Source of the DNA: Pelagomonas calceolata
Lineage: Eukaryota
DNA length: 64,000 nt
NCBI GenBank assembly: GCA_918797485.1
Contig: CAKKNE010000005.1
Coordinates: forward strand, 4,898,001 to 4,962,000
Direction: 5' to 3'
Shown here: piece by piece, positions 61,076 through 64,000 of the stretch
Layout of the letters: every line of letters begins with the position of its first letter
Numbering within the stretch: the stretch's first letter is position 1
The notes under the pieces: generated by a model
What the model was told of the DNA's origin: nothing
Seen by the model: only the letters and a program-made list of their open reading frames with translations
Databases searched by the model: none
Translations under genes and position numbers: made by a program

Positions 61076-61096
61076 CTAGCGTAGTAGGACACTAGC
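61076..61096. promoter_or_regulatory. CTAG-flanked intergenic motif, copy 13
   Basis: ctagcgtagtaggacactagc, about 268 bp upstream of 61364 (+). Confidence 0.6.
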
Positions 61097-61363
61097 AAAT
61101 TGAGACAAGGTGGTGTGGGCGCGGCGGTTTACGCGTCAGTGGCGCAACCAGGTTGCCGCATCGCGCATCGCTCATAATTCATTGCGCACAGCCTCATTCG
61201 TGCAACCAATCAAGAGCAGACGAGGCCTGCGCATAGGTGCGCCAACTTTGGCAGCCTTTGCTATAGCCGGTGACGCGCGCGGCGTCACGCGAACACTCGA
61301 ACGAATTCACCCAAGGAGTCGCACCGCATCATCACGCCGCCGACGCGGCCAGCAGTGAGACCT

Positions 61364-62182
61364 ATGGGCAACGATAAGCGCGACGCCCCCGCGGCCTACC
61401 TCGTCGGCTCCGCACTCGCAGCGGTCGTCAACTTCCCGCTCTGGAAGGCGTCGGCCATGGCGCAGTCGGGCTTCAAAACTAAAAGTAGAGGGTATTTTGC
61501 GGCGTATGCGGAGGCCCTGAGGCCGCCCTATAGGGGCGTCGCTGCCGTCGTCGGCGGCATGACGTGGGCGCGGTTCGCGATCTTCTACGGGAGCGACGTC
61601 GGGAGAAGATGGTTCGAGGAATCACAGGTGTTCGAGAAGGGCTCCGTCGCCGCCATTGCCGTGCCTCCTTTGATAGTGAGCACGGGAGTGCAGGTCGTCA
61701 ACCAGCCGATCATCCGGGCCTCGATCATGCTACAGGACCCCGAGGCCGACTTTCGAGCTTCTCAGGGTACGACGGACGCCGTGCGACGGATTGCGCGGGA
61801 GCGAGGCGTCGGTGCTCTGTGGCATGGCACATCAGCAGGCATCCTCAAGACCGTGCCAAAATATTGCGTCGCTGTATTGGTCAAGGAGCAGTGTGAAAGA
61901 AGGCTTCCTAGTGTTGATACGAAACTCGGCAAACTCTTGAGGGACGCGACGAAGGCCGTATGTGCCGCGGTCGCCGGTGCCGTTCTCACCAATCCCTTGG
62001 ATGTCATTAGGAATGAAATGTTCAAGACGGACCAGTCCCTGGTCACGGTCGTGAAGCGGTTGCAGGGCGACTACGGCATGAAATGGGTGGCGCGCGGCGC
62101 GGACAAGAATCTCGTGGGGGTGGCCGTGCCGGTCGCGTGCACGATCTTCTTCACGGACCAGCTGCGACGGGTGGGGCTGTGA
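61364..62182 (+). CDS. Mitochondrial carrier family (SLC25) protein
   Basis: Three repeats: FPLWKA…PYRG; QPIIRA…ERGVGALWHG; NPLDVIRNEM…G.KWVARG. Confidence 0.85.
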   Translation: MGNDKRDAPAAYLVGSALAAVVNFPLWKASAMAQSGFKTKSRGYFAAYAEALRPPYRGVAAVVGGMTWARFAIFYGSDVGRRWFEESQVFEKGSVAAIAVPPLIVSTGVQVVNQPIIRASIMLQDPEADFRASQGTTDAVRRIARERGVGALWHGTSAGILKTVPKYCVAVLVKEQCERRLPSVDTKLGKLLRDATKAVCAAVAGAVLTNPLDVIRNEMFKTDQSLVTVVKRLQGDYGMKWVARGADKNLVGVAVPVACTIFFTDQLRRVGL

Positions 62183-62427
62183 CCTTTTGGCGCTTCCGTG
62201 CGGCTCTTGGTGGACGTTTGCTTTGCCTAGAGCCAGGCCGCCTAGCCGCGGAGCTCCCTGCGTGACCGCACGCCCTCATACGCCGTCGCCCCGAGTGTTA
62301 GCTCGGAGGCGACGACGGCGAGGGGGAGCAGGCCGGACGCCGGAATCCCAAGGCCGCGCCGGTGGCGCATCGGGGGCCGCCGCGGGATAGCGATGTTTAA
62401 CTGTTGTATTCTTAACACACACATACC

Positions 62428-63837
62428 CTACTTCGCCGCGTGGCGCGCAGGGAAGACGGCGTCGAAGTCGTCCTCGTCGGAGGACTGCTGCGACGCGGGC
62501 TCCTGGCGCTTTGGGGGCGCCACGACCAGCTCGTCGTCGTCGTCGCTGAGCTCCACGACCTCGCCCTGCGCCCTCTTCTGCGGCGCGGGCGGCCCGCGCT
62601 TCTGCGACGCGGGCGCCTTCTTCGCCGTCGCCGCGAGGCACGCCAGCGCGAGCTCGCCGTCGACGCCCGCCTCCCTCACAATGGCCTCCTGCAACCTAGC
62701 TGGAGGGTGCGGCAGCCAGCCGTACTCGCGCGCGTTGTTGAAGACGCCGGCCGTCTTGCCCTTGCAGTTCCGCAGGAAGCGCTTCTCAAACGCGACCGCA
62801 TCGCCGGCGATGACTTTCTCGCGGACCGCAACGATCCAGTCGGGCCACTTCGACAGGCGCCGCGACCACCACGCCGTCGCCCGCTTGATGTCGTCGGACG
62901 CGCTCACGTACTGCGACGAGTACAGGTCCGCGCGGCAGGCGACGGCGGCACACTCGGGCACGTCCCCCAGCGCGCAGAAGATCAATGGAACATAAATCTT
63001 CGACCACGACCGCACCTCGGCACCTAAAGCCCCGCGCAGGACCCAGGCGTCATCACCTAAGGCCGGCACGGGCACTCTGATGGGCTTCACGGTTGCGGCA
63101 CCCGGGCAATTTAGCATCTCTGCGACCGACCGCGTCTGGGGGCGCGTGCGCGGCGGCACGGTCAGCGGCTTCCTCTTCGACGTGTCCCACGAGTCCACGG
63201 CGGACCGCTGGCGCTCGGCGTCAGACCTCAGACCCGCGGCGGCGTGCGAGGCCGTCGAGCGGATGGCGTCCTTGGCCGCGGCCGCGGCGCTGCCCGGCGA
63301 AGGCAAGGACGCGAGCGACTCGAAGCGCGGCTTTTGTTGAGGCGGCGGCGCGTCGTCGGCGAAGGCGCCGGGTCTTACCGGAAAGGAAACCTTTTCGATG
63401 TCGCGCAGCGCCCCGGCGGCCTGGAGCTGCTTCGCTCGCTTCGAGGCGGCGACGGGCTTGCAGTCTGTGGGTGGGGGCGGCCGCTTCTTCTTCGCGTCGA
63501 CGTCGGACCGCGTCGGGATGCGAAAACCCGTTTTGGGCTTCTGGCTCCAGGGCGTGCCGTCGGCGCGAGGCCACGTTGATGTGTTGGCGCGGTCCTCGCG
63601 GTCCTCGCGGTCCCATCGCGACGGCTTCGATGGCTGCGCCGCGGCCCGCAACTGGTTGCCGCAGGCGACGCATTGATCAGCGTCGCCCGCGTTCAGCAAC
63701 GTGCACTTCGGGCAGGCGACCTGGAGGCCGTCGTCGACGTCGTCGGCGTCGTCGTCGTCGGAGCTGTTGGCGAGGTCGATCGGGCCGGCCTTTTCTTTTT
63801 CTTCGTCGCTGGCGAGGTCGATGACTTTGTGGGACAT
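62428..63837 (-). CDS. RanBP2-type zinc finger protein with SIM-like motifs
   Basis: ACPKCTLLNAGDADQCVACG; VIDLASD, PIDL, VVELSDDD. Confidence 0.7.
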   Translation of the reverse strand: MSHKVIDLASDEEKEKAGPIDLANSSDDDDADDVDDGLQVACPKCTLLNAGDADQCVACGNQLRAAAQPSKPSRWDREDREDRANTSTWPRADGTPWSQKPKTGFRIPTRSDVDAKKKRPPPPTDCKPVAASKRAKQLQAAGALRDIEKVSFPVRPGAFADDAPPPQQKPRFESLASLPSPGSAAAAAKDAIRSTASHAAAGLRSDAERQRSAVDSWDTSKRKPLTVPPRTRPQTRSVAEMLNCPGAATVKPIRVPVPALGDDAWVLRGALGAEVRSWSKIYVPLIFCALGDVPECAAVACRADLYSSQYVSASDDIKRATAWWSRRLSKWPDWIVAVREKVIAGDAVAFEKRFLRNCKGKTAGVFNNAREYGWLPHPPARLQEAIVREAGVDGELALACLAATAKKAPASQKRGPPAPQKRAQGEVVELSDDDDELVVAPPKRQEPASQQSSDEDDFDAVFPARHAAK

Positions 63838-64000
63838 CGTGGGCCAGCCGTGGCGCGCGTACGGCGCGCGGCGGCCGGCTGGGCAATGAGGCTGCGGGGG
63901 GCCCAACTGAGCCTCTGGAGACGCGGCGCGTCCCACCGCTGGACGGATTGTTGTCAGGCGTCTACTGTGGCCTCAGCGAGGGTCTGCAGACCAGAGAGAC

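Noticed and set aside
1881..63936. Numerous long antisense or overlapping Arg/Ala-rich ORFs
   Set aside because: Expected shadows of very GC-rich coding sequence; no recognisable domains.
1..64000. Autonomous transposase, rRNA or tRNA genes
   Set aside because: None recognised in the ORF track or the sequence; the introner-mobilising enzyme must lie elsewhere if it still exists.

Overview
This is a gene-dense, very GC-rich eukaryotic window, not a prokaryotic one. Gene content (V-ATPase H, MPP-alpha, RBM28/NOP4, ORMDL, TTLL glycylase, TDP1-like, mitochondrial carrier, a plastid-targeted SDR) and intron style suggest a stramenopile alga, most likely a pelagophyte (inference). About 30 protein-coding genes are visible. 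Many carry isolated indels that look like assembly errors. Two non-coding systems stand out. (1) Nearly every intron I could define belongs to one family of small non-autonomous DNA transposons (introner elements). They have TIRs like CTGTGTGGAAATCAA...TTGATTTCCACACAG and 8-bp target-site duplications. The upstream TSD copy supplies the GT/GC donor and the TIR end supplies the AG acceptor. The window has 13 copies from intact to decayed, an intron-free paralog showing the empty sites, and an inverted pair around one exon. (2) A ~23-bp quasi-palindromic motif, GCTAGTGTCTTAC-N3-5-CGCTAGC, occurs 13 times, only between genes and mostly 120-270 bp upstream of start codons; it is a candidate promoter element I do not recognise. 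Also present: a ~6.9-kb secreted Cys-rich tandem-repeat gene ending in a 148-bp satellite, a spermidine synthase next to a bacterial-type FAD oxidoreductase, several unusual domain fusions, local duplications and a MITE-like inverted repeat.
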